This document shows positions 8,898 through 18,230 of a DNA stretch of 64,000 nt, in pieces. The number at the start of each line of letters is the position of its first letter. The stretch's first letter is position 1. Origin of the DNA: Rhodospirillales bacterium (GTDB taxonomy: Bacteria; Pseudomonadota; Alphaproteobacteria; ATCC43930; CGMCC-115725); assembly GCA_947473305.1 (NCBI GenBank), contig CANJCB010000010.1:25967-89966 (forward strand), in the 5' to 3' direction. Below the pieces are notes generated by a model, which was not told where the DNA came from, did no database searches, and saw nothing but the letters and a program-made list of their open reading frames with translations. The position numbers and the translations under genes were made by a program.

Positions 8898-10421
8898 ATG
8901 CTCGACATCAGCCGCCCGGACCTTGCTTTCGGCCTCGTCGGCGTGGGCGCCATGGGGAAGGGGATCGCCCAGATCATGGCGGTCGCCGGGATCGAGGTGC
9001 GGATGCTCGACACGCGGCTAGGCGCGGCGGAGGCGGCGCGCGCCGATCTCCTGAAGGTCTTCGACCTCTTGACCGGCAAAGGCCGCATGACCGCCGAGGA
9101 TGCAGGGCAAGCCGCCGGCCGACTGAAGCCCATGGACGGCCTTCAGGATCTTGCCGGCTGCCATATCGTGGTCGAGGCGATCATCGAGGAACTTGGGGCT
9201 AAGCGAGAGCTTTTCGCCGCCTTGGAAGGGGTTGTCGGCGAGGAATGCCTCATCGCGAGCAACACCTCTTCGCTCTCCGTCACCTCGATCGCGGCCGCCT
9301 GCAAGCATCCGGGCCGGATCGGCGGTTTTCATTTCTTCAACCCGGTCCCCTTGATGAAGATCGTCGAGGTGATCGCGGGCGTGCGCACGGAGCCCTGGGT
9401 CTCGGACGTGCTCACCGCGCTCGCCAAACGGGCCGGTCATCAACCGGTGCGGACCGCGGATACGCCGGGCTTCCTGGTCAATCACGCGGGCCGCGGCTTT
9501 ATCACGGAAGGCCTGCGCCTGCTCCAGGAAGGGATCACGACCTTCGACGAGGTCGATCGGATCATGAAAGAGGTCGTGGGTTTCCGCATGGGACCCTTCG
9601 AGCTTCTGGATATGACGGGCCTCGACGTTTCCCATCCGGTCATGGAATCGATCTACGGCCAGTTCTACCAGGAGCCGCGTTTCCGCCCCTCCTATCTTGC
9701 CCGCCAACGCTATGACGCCCGTCTCTTCGGGCGAAAGGTAGGGCAGGGGTTCTATGGCTACCCGGAGGGCAAGCTGCAGCCGGTGGATCCTCCTCGAACG
9801 CCGGAGCTGCAAAGCCGCCCCGTCTGGGTCCATTCGGAAAATCCCGAGTGGCGGGCGGCGCTTGAAGACGTGGTCGCGGAAGCGGGCCTGCCGCTCGATC
9901 GGGCCGCAAAGCCGTCTGCGCAATCGCTTTGCCTGGTGACGCCCCTGGGGCGTGACGCCACGGCCTCGGCGCTTGCCCTGGGGCTCGATGCGACACGGGT
10001 GGTTGCCGTCGATATGCTCTTCGGGCTCGGCCGCCGCAGGGTCTTCATGACGACCCCGGTGACTGCGCCGGATTTCGCCGATACGGCCCATGCTTTGCTC
10101 GCGACGGCTGGAGCCCTGGTGGCGCGACTTCACGACTCTCCGGGTTTCGTCGTCCAGCGCATGGTGGCCACCATCGTCAATATCGCCTGCGATATCGCTC
10201 AGCAACGGATCGCCGTACCGGAGGATATCGACCGGGCCGTTACCCTTGGCCTGGGCTACCCCAAGGGTCCGCTGGCCTTGGGCGACGCGGCGGGCGGGAA
10301 GAATATCCTGGCGATCCTGGACGGCATGCTGGCACTGACCGGCGATCCCCGCTACCGCGCGAGCCTCTGGCTTCGCCGTCGCGCCAGCCTGGGGGTTTCC
10401 CTGCTGACGCCGGAAGCGTGA
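8898..10421 (+). CDS. 3-hydroxyacyl-CoA dehydrogenase (long form with duplicated C-terminal domain)
   Basis: 507 aa. Rossmann GLVGVGAMGKGIAQ, then SNTSSL and GFHFFNPVPLMKIVEV motifs. Confidence 0.85.
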   Translation: MLDISRPDLAFGLVGVGAMGKGIAQIMAVAGIEVRMLDTRLGAAEAARADLLKVFDLLTGKGRMTAEDAGQAAGRLKPMDGLQDLAGCHIVVEAIIEELGAKRELFAALEGVVGEECLIASNTSSLSVTSIAAACKHPGRIGGFHFFNPVPLMKIVEVIAGVRTEPWVSDVLTALAKRAGHQPVRTADTPGFLVNHAGRGFITEGLRLLQEGITTFDEVDRIMKEVVGFRMGPFELLDMTGLDVSHPVMESIYGQFYQEPRFRPSYLARQRYDARLFGRKVGQGFYGYPEGKLQPVDPPRTPELQSRPVWVHSENPEWRAALEDVVAEAGLPLDRAAKPSAQSLCLVTPLGRDATASALALGLDATRVVAVDMLFGLGRRRVFMTTPVTAPDFADTAHALLATAGALVARLHDSPGFVVQRMVATIVNIACDIAQQRIAVPEDIDRAVTLGLGYPKGPLALGDAAGGKNILAILDGMLALTGDPRYRASLWLRRRASLGVSLLTPEA

Positions 10422-10425
10422 ACGG

Positions 10426-11010
10426 CTAGGAGGTGCGGCGGGGCGCCTTGCGCATCTCGCCGGCGGCTTCCATCGCTCCCTCCATGTGGTCGAGCATCAA
10501 GGCGACCATATCCCGGTAAGTCTCGATCTGCCCGGCGGTGACGCCTTCGAAGAGGCGGTCGTTGATCCGGGGCAGATTGGCTGCGATGCGGCGGATCCCG
10601 GCCCGGCCTTTAGGCGTCAGCGTGACGATCACTTCGCGCCTATCCTCGGGATTCACGGATTTCTTGAGGAGACCGCGCTGCTCCATCCCGCTGGTCTCCT
10701 TGGTCACATAGGTCCCGCTGGTCTGAAGGGCCTCCGCGATGGCCTTCACGGTCACGGCGCGGGAATCCTGCAACTCCGCCAGCACCAGGAGAATATGGAA
10801 CTGGTTGCCTGTGAGCCCGAGCGCCGATCCGATCCGATCCCGCAACTTGTCCATGCTGCGGAAGAGCGAATGAAGGTCGTAGATGAACCGGCGAAAGGTG
10901 CGATCCGATCCTCCGACCAGAAGCTCGGGGCGGGTGACAGTGACAGGCAGCACGCCAGTGCCTTTGGGTCTTTGAGAAGGTTCTGGGATGATAAGGCGGG
11001 GTCTGGGCAT
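10426..11010 (-). CDS. MarR-family transcriptional regulator
   Basis: 194 aa. wHTH region LTGNQFHILLVLAEL...VKAIAEALQTSGTYVTKE...GLLKK. Divergent from the TRAP transporter genes. Confidence 0.8.
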   Translation of the reverse strand: MPRPRLIIPEPSQRPKGTGVLPVTVTRPELLVGGSDRTFRRFIYDLHSLFRSMDKLRDRIGSALGLTGNQFHILLVLAELQDSRAVTVKAIAEALQTSGTYVTKETSGMEQRGLLKKSVNPEDRREVIVTLTPKGRAGIRRIAANLPRINDRLFEGVTAGQIETYRDMVALMLDHMEGAMEAAGEMRKAPRRTS

Positions 11011-11168
11011 GGCCCCATTCTAACCATGGCGAACCTGCGACGAAAGCGGCACAATCTTCTGGTGGCTTGACGCTCGCGATTCTTTGCGCGTCTAATTCCG
11101 AAAAGCCGAATATTGTTCGTTAATCTGTCTTCATCCGGCGAGCGCCGGCAAAAAAAGGGAGTGCGGCA

Positions 11169-12185
11169 ATGAACGGTACAGGGTGGAGTGGCGCGCTGCG
11201 CCGCATGGTTGGCGCCGCGTTATTCGCTGCCGCGGGTCTCACCTTGGCGACGGGCGATACACTTGCCGCAGACCCATCCTACCGGATCAAGCTCGCGGGG
11301 ATTTATCCCGCCGATTCCCAGGAGGGCCTGACCACCAAGCTTTTCGTCGATCTCGTCCGCAAGAAGACCAATGGCAAGATCAATATCGCGATTTTCCCGA
11401 ATGCCCAGCTCGGCGACGAACAGGCCTTGCTCCAGACCGCCTTGACCCCCGGCTGGCGCGACATGTCGACCCTGTCGATCACGATTTTCACGACGGTCGA
11501 GCCGAAGGTCGGCGCGACTTTGCTGCCGTTCCTCTTCCGGGACGACAAGCATGTGGCGGCCTTCATGACCAGTTCGGCCTTCGACATGCAGCGCGACATG
11601 CTGATCAAGGCGCGCGGATTGCGCATGCTCGGAGCCTGGGACTACATGCCCAGCAACTTCTATACGAACAAGCCGGTTGCCCAACTCTCCGATCTCAAGG
11701 GCTTGAAGCTGCGCGTGCCGCCGTCGCCGGCCTATGTGAAGCTGGTCCAGGCGCTGGGGGCCAATCCCACGCCGATCCCGCTGACCGAGCTCTACATGAG
11801 CCTGCAGACCGGCGTGGTCGATGGGACCAACGGCATCGACGACCTGATGATCTCGATGAAGCTGTCGGAAGTGGTGAAGAATGTCCTCGACACCCACCAC
11901 CAGATCAATTTCGGCAATCCGACGATTTCGGAACAATTCTACCAGTCGATGCCGCCCGCCTATCAGAAGGCGCTGACCGAAGCGGCGGTGGAGGCCGGCG
12001 CCTGGAACCATAAGCACATCAGGGACAGCATGGCCGAACTCCAGACCTCGCTGGTGAAGGCGGGCATGAAGATCGTCAAGCTCCCGGATTTTCCCAAGTG
12101 GCAGGAAGCCTCGAGCCCGCTCTACGACGATTTCGCCCAGAAGAACGGCTCCGAACTCCTCGATGCCATCAAGAAGGTGCAATAG
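11169..12185 (+). CDS. TRAP transporter substrate-binding protein (DctP family)
   Basis: 338 aa with a signal peptide. DctP-like blocks, including LKGLKLRVPPS with the conserved carboxylate-binding Arg position. Confidence 0.85.
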   Translation: MNGTGWSGALRRMVGAALFAAAGLTLATGDTLAADPSYRIKLAGIYPADSQEGLTTKLFVDLVRKKTNGKINIAIFPNAQLGDEQALLQTALTPGWRDMSTLSITIFTTVEPKVGATLLPFLFRDDKHVAAFMTSSAFDMQRDMLIKARGLRMLGAWDYMPSNFYTNKPVAQLSDLKGLKLRVPPSPAYVKLVQALGANPTPIPLTELYMSLQTGVVDGTNGIDDLMISMKLSEVVKNVLDTHHQINFGNPTISEQFYQSMPPAYQKALTEAAVEAGAWNHKHIRDSMAELQTSLVKAGMKIVKLPDFPKWQEASSPLYDDFAQKNGSELLDAIKKVQ

Positions 12186-12206
12186 GCCAGGGGCGGGGAG
12201 AGCGTC

Positions 12207-14081
12207 ATGACCGCGTCGGCGGTCGTGCAGGGGATCGATGGACCCGAGCCGGATGTGCTCGACCGCTCGATCGACCGCGTGCTGGCGGCGGCCAGCGTAT
12301 TGCTGATCCTGGGATGTTTCCTGACGGTCACGACGGCGGTCTTTTTCCGCTATGTGCTGAACGATTCCCTGGTCTGGGCGGATGAACTGGCGCGCTGGTT
12401 CCTGATGGGCGTCGGCTTTATCGGCGGCGCATTGGCCTATCGCCGCAAAGCGCATATCGGCATGCCCTTCCTGTTGCGCCGGATGCGGCCACTTGTGGCG
12501 CGCTGCGTCGAGGCAGGGACGGCGCTAACCATCGCGGGGTTCTGCGCTCTCTTCTGCTATGTGGAACTCTCGGTCTACCTGCCGTTGCGGATGAGCATCG
12601 TCCTGCCGGGCAGCGGCCTGCCCCAGGGAATGTTTTCCATGCCTGTGCTGATCGGCATGGCGATCGTCGGTTTCAGCGCCTTTCGGGAAAGTTTCCGGGT
12701 GCCGCTCGCCTTCTGGCTGCTGACCGCCCTGGTGGCCTGCGGTGTGGTGGCTGCCTTGTTCTTCAGCGGCCGGATGATGATCGAAGACTATGACCTGGAC
12801 CCATTGATCCTTCCCTGGGTGATTTTCTGCGTTCTTCTGCTGCTGGGTTTTCCCATCGCCTTCGCCATGGGGATCGGCGGGTTCAGTTATCTCGCTTTCG
12901 AGCCGGGGTTCCCGGTCTTCCGGCTCGTGCAACAGATCGAGAACGGGGTCGACAGCTTCTTCCTCCTGACCATCCCGCTCTTCATCCTCACCGGCAAGCT
13001 GCTGGAGGCGACCTCCGTTTCGGACCGGCTGCTCGATCTGGTGAAGATATTTCTCGGCCGGCTGCGGGGTGGAACGGGCCTCGTCGCGGTCGGCGGCATG
13101 TATCTCTTCTCTGGGATCAGCGGGTCGCCCACGGCCGATATCAGCGCGGTCGGCTCCGTCATGGTGCCGGCCCTGAAGAAACAGGGCTTTTCCGAAGGCG
13201 AGGCGGTCGGGATCATTTCCGCCGCTACGGTAATGGGCCATACGATCCCGCCCAGCATCGCGGTCATCGTGTTGGCGCAGATCGCGAGCCTTTCGGCGGG
13301 GACGCTCTTCGTCGCGGGCATCGTTCCGGCCTGTGTCTTGGCTCTGGTGCTGGTGGTCTTCATCCTTTTCAGCGCCTATCGCCAGAAGCTCGAACGCAAT
13401 CCCGCGCTCGACGTCCGGGATCGGTTGAGGCTTTTATGGCGCGGATTGCCCGGCCTCACGGTTCCGCTCGTGCTCTTCGGCGGGCTTTTCACTGGCGTCG
13501 TGACGCCGACGGAGACGGCGGCCCTCGCGGTTCTGGCAAGCCTGATCATCGCGGGACCGGTTCTGCGGGAACTCAACTTCCCGCTGCTGATGAAGGCCTC
13601 CGTGGATTCGGCGACCTTGACCGGCATGGCGCTATTCCTGCTGGCGACCGCGAACCTGCTGGCGTTTTCATCGGTCGATCAGCAATTGCCCCAGGCGATC
13701 ACGGACTGGATCGAGGGCTTCGCGTCCCAGCAATGGGAATTCCTGCTCCTCAGCCTCGTGATCCTGATCATCATGGGCGCGGTCCTGGAATTTCCGGCGC
13801 TGCTGATCTTCGGGCCATTGATGCTTCCGGTGGCGGTAGCACTCGGTTTCAACCCGATCCATTACGCCATCTTCCTCATCAACGCCCTGATCATCGGCGG
13901 CTTCCTGCCGCCCATCGGGGTGCTGTTCTATGTGACCTGCGGCATCGCCGGGACCACCGCCGAGAAGGCGGCCAAGCAGACCCTCATCTATCTGGCGCTC
14001 GTTTCGGCGGGGATGCTGGTGGTGGGGTTCGTGCCTTGGATCACCCTCGGCCTGCCGCATTATTTCGGAATGATCAAATAG
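12207..14081 (+). CDS. TRAP transporter fused small/large permease (DctQ-DctM fusion)
   Basis: 624 aa, polytopic. N-terminal DctQ-like 4-TM part followed by a DctM-like part (GGMYLFSGISGS). Confidence 0.85.
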   Translation: MTASAVVQGIDGPEPDVLDRSIDRVLAAASVLLILGCFLTVTTAVFFRYVLNDSLVWADELARWFLMGVGFIGGALAYRRKAHIGMPFLLRRMRPLVARCVEAGTALTIAGFCALFCYVELSVYLPLRMSIVLPGSGLPQGMFSMPVLIGMAIVGFSAFRESFRVPLAFWLLTALVACGVVAALFFSGRMMIEDYDLDPLILPWVIFCVLLLLGFPIAFAMGIGGFSYLAFEPGFPVFRLVQQIENGVDSFFLLTIPLFILTGKLLEATSVSDRLLDLVKIFLGRLRGGTGLVAVGGMYLFSGISGSPTADISAVGSVMVPALKKQGFSEGEAVGIISAATVMGHTIPPSIAVIVLAQIASLSAGTLFVAGIVPACVLALVLVVFILFSAYRQKLERNPALDVRDRLRLLWRGLPGLTVPLVLFGGLFTGVVTPTETAALAVLASLIIAGPVLRELNFPLLMKASVDSATLTGMALFLLATANLLAFSSVDQQLPQAITDWIEGFASQQWEFLLLSLVILIIMGAVLEFPALLIFGPLMLPVAVALGFNPIHYAIFLINALIIGGFLPPIGVLFYVTCGIAGTTAEKAAKQTLIYLALVSAGMLVVGFVPWITLGLPHYFGMIK

Positions 14082-14091
14082 GAGACCCATC

Positions 14092-14412
14092 ATGACCGCC
14101 AAAATCCCGCCTGAAATCCTGCGCGACGCAGCCCCCGCCGTCGCCGATGGCTTCGAGGCCATGCGCGGCGCCATCATGAAGTCGGGGCCGCTCGACATGA
14201 AGACGGCGGAGCTCGTCATTATCGGCGCCTGCGTCACGGCCGGGCTGGAAACGGGCACCAAGCTTCATGCGGTGAAGCTTTTCAAGATGGGTGTCCCCAA
14301 GGAGGCCATCCAGCAGGCGGTATTGCTGACCTTCTCCGTGACCGCGATTCTCTGGAACGTGTCCCAGGCGCTGCTCTGGATCGACGAGGCCGAAAAGATG
14401 GCCGCCCAATGA
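14092..14412 (+). CDS. carboxymuconolactone decarboxylase (AhpD-like) family protein
   Basis: 106 aa. LDMKTAELVIIGACVTAG is typical of the CMD family. Its stop overlaps the next start (ATGA). Confidence 0.7.
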   Translation: MTAKIPPEILRDAAPAVADGFEAMRGAIMKSGPLDMKTAELVIIGACVTAGLETGTKLHAVKLFKMGVPKEAIQQAVLLTFSVTAILWNVSQALLWIDEAEKMAAQ

Positions 14413-15203
14413 CCATGCTGGAAACCAGGTCCAAGGACGGCGTGACCCTGGCCTACGACAAAAGTGGGAAGGGGCCGCCGCTGCTGCTGATCCATGGCAC
14501 CACGGCGGATCACAACCGCTGGGACCCGATACGCCCCGCGCTGGGAAAGCATTTCACCGTCTATGCCATGGACCGGCGTGGCCGGGGTGGCAGCGGCGAT
14601 GCGCAGGCCTATGACGAGCGGCTGGAATACGCGGATGTGGTGGCCGTGATCGAGGCCATCGGCGGCAAGGTCGCCGTCGTGGGCCATTCCTATGGCGCGA
14701 TCTGTGCGCTGGAAGCGACCCTGCTCACCGACCGGATGAGCCAACTCGTCCTTTACGGGCCGCCGATCCCGGCCGCCGATCCGGTCGACACCAAACCCGA
14801 TCCCGACGCCGAGGCCGTGCAGGCGCTTGTCGATCAGGGTGATCCCGAAGGCGCGCTCGAAACCTTCTATCTGAACGTCGTGCGCTCGCCGAAGGAAGAG
14901 ATCGCGCTCCTGCGCACCATGCCCGATTGGCCCGACCGCGTGGCCTCGGTCCATACCGTCGCTCGGGAAACCCGCATGGTCCGGGCTTATCTCCTGCAGC
15001 CAGAACGCTTCAAGAATATCCCGGTCGAGACCCTGCTGATCGTCGGCGGCGCCAGCCCGCCGCATATCCAGGCGGCGATCGGGCGCGTGGGAAAGGCCCT
15101 TCCCAATACCAGGACCGTGACCTTGGAGGGCCAGCAGAACCAGGCCATCGCCACCGCGCCGGAGCTTTTCGCCAAGACGCTCCTCGATTTCCTCAAACGG
15201 TAG
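14409..15203 (+). CDS. alpha/beta-fold hydrolase
   Basis: 264 aa. LLLIHG oxyanion region and nucleophile elbow GHSYG. Confidence 0.8.
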   Translation: MTMLETRSKDGVTLAYDKSGKGPPLLLIHGTTADHNRWDPIRPALGKHFTVYAMDRRGRGGSGDAQAYDERLEYADVVAVIEAIGGKVAVVGHSYGAICALEATLLTDRMSQLVLYGPPIPAADPVDTKPDPDAEAVQALVDQGDPEGALETFYLNVVRSPKEEIALLRTMPDWPDRVASVHTVARETRMVRAYLLQPERFKNIPVETLLIVGGASPPHIQAAIGRVGKALPNTRTVTLEGQQNQAIATAPELFAKTLLDFLKR

Positions 15204-15208
15204 ACCTG

Positions 15209-16672
15209 ATGACGAAGCCCATGCGGAACGGCGCCGACTATATGGCGTCGATCAAGAATGACGGCCGCGAGATCCATATCGACGGCGAGATCGTTCGCGA
15301 CGTGACGACCCACCCCGCTTTTCGGGGCGCCGTGAAATCAATCGCGCATCTTTGGGACGTGGCGGCGGATCCGGCGAACCGGGACCTGATGACTTTTACC
15401 TCGCCGACCTCCGGCGGGCCGGTGCTGCGCTGCTATCACATTCCGAAGACGAGGGAGGATCTGGCATCCCGGCGCGGAATGATCGAGCGCTGGGCCGAGG
15501 AGACCTTCGGGCTCATGGGGCGCACGCCCGACCATGTGGCGAGCTTTTTCGCGGGCTTCACCGCCAAGAAGAGCGTCTTCGCCGAACTCGCCGGCCCTTC
15601 CTTCGCCGACGCGACGGAACGCTTCTACGAGAAGGCGCGGGACGAGCATCTCTATGTGTCCTATGCCATCGTCCCGCCCCAGATCGACCGTAGCAAGCCC
15701 GCCCATAAGCAATCCGACCCGACGCTGCACGCCGGCGTCGTTAAGGAGCGGGATGACGGCATCGTCCTGAAGGGCGCGCAGCAGCTCGCCACCGGCGCGG
15801 TGCTGTCGGACTACATCTACGTGAGCTGCATCCATCCCTTGCAGCCCGGCGACGAGGCCTATGCCTTCGGCGTGGTCATTCCGGCCAATGCGCCGGGGCT
15901 CAAGATCTATACCCGGCGTTCCTATGCCGCCGGGGCGACCTCCGCCTTCGATTATCCCCTGGCGACGCGCTTCGATGAGACCGATGCGCTGATCGTGCTC
16001 GACAATGTCTTCGTGCCCTGGGAGCAGGTCTTCTTCTATCGCAACTTGGCGCTCTGCCGGGACCAGTGGTGGCGGACCCCGTCCCATTCGCTCGGCAATC
16101 ATCAGGCGCAGATCCGCTGGGCGACAAAGCTCCGCTTCCTGATGGGGCTGACGAAGCGGCTTTGCGAGATCACCGGGTCTGACCCCATGCCGCCCGTCCA
16201 GATCGCGCTCGGCGAGATGGCGGCGCTGTCGACCATCGTCGAGGGAATGGTCCTAGCCCAGGAAGCCATGGCGACGGCGGACGAGGATGTCATCTGGCCG
16301 GCCAAGAAGGCGCTCTATGCGGTCATGGCGCTCCAGTCGGAGATCAATCCGCGCCTCCTCAATGCGGCCCGGGAACTGGCGGGTGGCTCGATGATCATGC
16401 TGCCGTCCTCGGTGAAGGATTTCGAGGATGCGGGCTCCGCCGCCGATTTCGAGCGCTACATCGCCTCGCCGGGCTTCAAGTCGCGCGACCGCGTCGCGGT
16501 GCTCAAGATGGCCTGGGATTTGATCGGCAGCGAATTCGCCGGCCGGCACGAGCAATATGAGAAATTCTACGGCGGCGCGTCGTTCCTCATCAAAACGAAC
16601 ATGTACCGCAACTACGACTTCGCCCGTGCCACGGGGCTCGTCGATGCCGCGCTCAACCTGCCTGAATCCTAG
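15209..16672 (+). CDS. 4-hydroxyphenylacetate 3-hydroxylase (HpaB) family flavin-dependent oxygenase component
   Basis: ORF 14927..16672, start moved to ATG 15209 (MTKPMRNGADYMASIKNDGREI). About 487 aa. HpaB-like blocks GRTPDH, VLDNVFVPWEQVF, EQYEKFYGG. Confidence 0.75.
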   Translation: MTKPMRNGADYMASIKNDGREIHIDGEIVRDVTTHPAFRGAVKSIAHLWDVAADPANRDLMTFTSPTSGGPVLRCYHIPKTREDLASRRGMIERWAEETFGLMGRTPDHVASFFAGFTAKKSVFAELAGPSFADATERFYEKARDEHLYVSYAIVPPQIDRSKPAHKQSDPTLHAGVVKERDDGIVLKGAQQLATGAVLSDYIYVSCIHPLQPGDEAYAFGVVIPANAPGLKIYTRRSYAAGATSAFDYPLATRFDETDALIVLDNVFVPWEQVFFYRNLALCRDQWWRTPSHSLGNHQAQIRWATKLRFLMGLTKRLCEITGSDPMPPVQIALGEMAALSTIVEGMVLAQEAMATADEDVIWPAKKALYAVMALQSEINPRLLNAARELAGGSMIMLPSSVKDFEDAGSAADFERYIASPGFKSRDRVAVLKMAWDLIGSEFAGRHEQYEKFYGGASFLIKTNMYRNYDFARATGLVDAALNLPES

Positions 16673-17283
16673 AGCAGTCCGAGCGTTTCAAGATCCCGTC
16701 GAAGCCTGGGCGGATCGGTGAAGAGGAGCCCCTTGAGCCCTGCCGCTTCGCCGGCTGCCACATTGCGGGGCACATCGTCGATATAGGCCGCGGTGCCAGG
16801 CGCGATCCCGAAGCGATCCGTCATGAGACGAAAGATGCGGGGATCGGGCTTGATCAATCCCTCGCGGCCCGAGACCAGGATATCCTTGAACCAGGTCAGG
16901 AACTCGAAACGCCGCTCGGCGTGATGGAAGGTTTCGGCGGACCAGTTCGTGAGCGCGAAGAGCGGGGTTCCGCGCCCTCTGAGGTCGGCCAGAATATCGA
17001 CGGTGCCCTGGATCGCGCCGCCGAGCATTTCATCCCAGCGCGCGTGATAGGCGCGGATCAGATCGGCCTTCTCGGGATGTAAGGCGATGAGTTCCGCTTC
17101 CGCCTCGTGATAGGGCCTGCCGCCATCCTGGCGTTCGTTCCAGGGCTGCGTGCAGATATGCGCCAGGAAATGCTCCATCCCGGCTTCGTCCTCCGGAAAG
17201 AGTTTCCGGTAGAGATGCCGGGGGTTCCAGTCGATGAGCACGCCGCCGAGATCGAAGACGGCAATGGTCGGGGAGGAAGGCAT
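16669..17283 (-). CDS. HAD-superfamily hydrolase
   Basis: ORF 16669..17355, start moved to ATG 17283. Motif I VFDLGGVL and late DD motif YIDDVPRN. Confidence 0.8.
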   Translation of the reverse strand: MPSSPTIAVFDLGGVLIDWNPRHLYRKLFPEDEAGMEHFLAHICTQPWNERQDGGRPYHEAEAELIALHPEKADLIRAYHARWDEMLGGAIQGTVDILADLRGRGTPLFALTNWSAETFHHAERRFEFLTWFKDILVSGREGLIKPDPRIFRLMTDRFGIAPGTAAYIDDVPRNVAAGEAAGLKGLLFTDPPRLRRDLETLGLL

Positions 17284-17398
17284 GGATTTCCTGTCGCTAT
17301 GCTGTGAGGTCTTTATTGCTAAATCGGGATGACTCTCGACCCCTGAGGATAGCAACCTACCTAGTCAGAACGCCCATCGAAAGATCGAGGAGGACTCC

Positions 17399-18130
17399 AT
17401 GCCCCAACATGCCGTCGTGTCCCAGGAGGAATGGCTTGTCGCCCGGCGGGCTCTGCTCGCCAAGGAGAAGGCGGAGACGCATCTGAGGGATGAGGTCAAC
17501 GCCGCTCGCCTGGCGCTCCCCTGGGTCCGGGTCGAGAAACGCTACGAGTTCGACACGGCCTGGGGTCGAAAGACGCTGGGGGATCTCTTCAACGGGCGCA
17601 GCCAGCTCCTGGCCTATCACTTCATGCTCGGGCCGGGATGGAAGGCGGGATGCCCGGGATGCTCGTTCCTCGCCGATCACTTCGACGGAACCTTGCCGCA
17701 TCTGGAACATCACGACGTCACCCTGACGGCGATCTCCCATGCGTCTTTGCCGGAGATCGAAGCCTATAAGACTCGCATGGGCTGGCGCTTCCCCTGGGTG
17801 TCATCCTTCAACAGCGACTTCAACTTCGACTTCCATGTCTCTTTTACGAAAGAGGATTTGGCGAAGGGTGAGGTCTTCTACAACTTCGAAAAGATACCCT
17901 CCAAGGAGGCCAATGACGAACTGCCGGGCCTGAGCGTCTTCGTCAAGGACGAGGCGGGCGCCATCTTCCATACCTATTCGACCTATGCCCGAGGGCTGGA
18001 ACAGGCCATCGGCACCCTGATGCTTCTCGACCGTGCGCCGAAGGGTCGGAACGAGAAGAGCACCATGGATTTCGTGCGCCGCCACGATGAATACGAAGAC
18101 GCGGGCAAAGGCCCTTCCTGCTGCGATTGA
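17399..18130 (+). CDS. DUF899 (thioredoxin-like) domain protein
   Basis: 243 aa. N-terminal SQEEWLVARRALLAKEKAETHLRDEV and CPGCSF motif are characteristic of DUF899. Confidence 0.7.
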   Translation: MPQHAVVSQEEWLVARRALLAKEKAETHLRDEVNAARLALPWVRVEKRYEFDTAWGRKTLGDLFNGRSQLLAYHFMLGPGWKAGCPGCSFLADHFDGTLPHLEHHDVTLTAISHASLPEIEAYKTRMGWRFPWVSSFNSDFNFDFHVSFTKEDLAKGEVFYNFEKIPSKEANDELPGLSVFVKDEAGAIFHTYSTYARGLEQAIGTLMLLDRAPKGRNEKSTMDFVRRHDEYEDAGKGPSCCD

Positions 18131-18230
18131 TCTCTCCGCGACAAGCCGCGGCTTGACCTTTTCTCCGGGGACGGTCGATCCTGTCCCATGAGAGCCGCCT
18201 CACCCGGGAGGCGCATAAGGAGAGTCCGCG

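Noticed and set aside
9018-10205. 395-aa ORF antisense to the 3-hydroxyacyl-CoA dehydrogenase gene
   Set aside because: Shadow ORF. It has an Arg/Gly/Asp-rich low-complexity translation, and the opposite strand carries Rossmann and HADH motifs.
11220-12455. 411-aa ORF antisense to dctP and the start of dctQM (plus the 276-aa out-of-frame ORF 11183..12013)
   Set aside because: It spans an intergenic gap of the real genes and has no recognisable domain. The DctP and DctQM frames have clear family features.
14927-15208. N-terminal extensions of several track ORFs (for example 14927 for the HpaB-like gene, 26048 for the TPP enzyme, 62114 for era, 51967 for the dehydratase, 46841 for M23, 1742 for TauD-like)
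   Set aside because: The extensions overlap upstream genes or are Pro/Arg/Gly-rich. Conserved protein N-termini begin at internal ATGs that have SD-like sequences, so the starts were trimmed.
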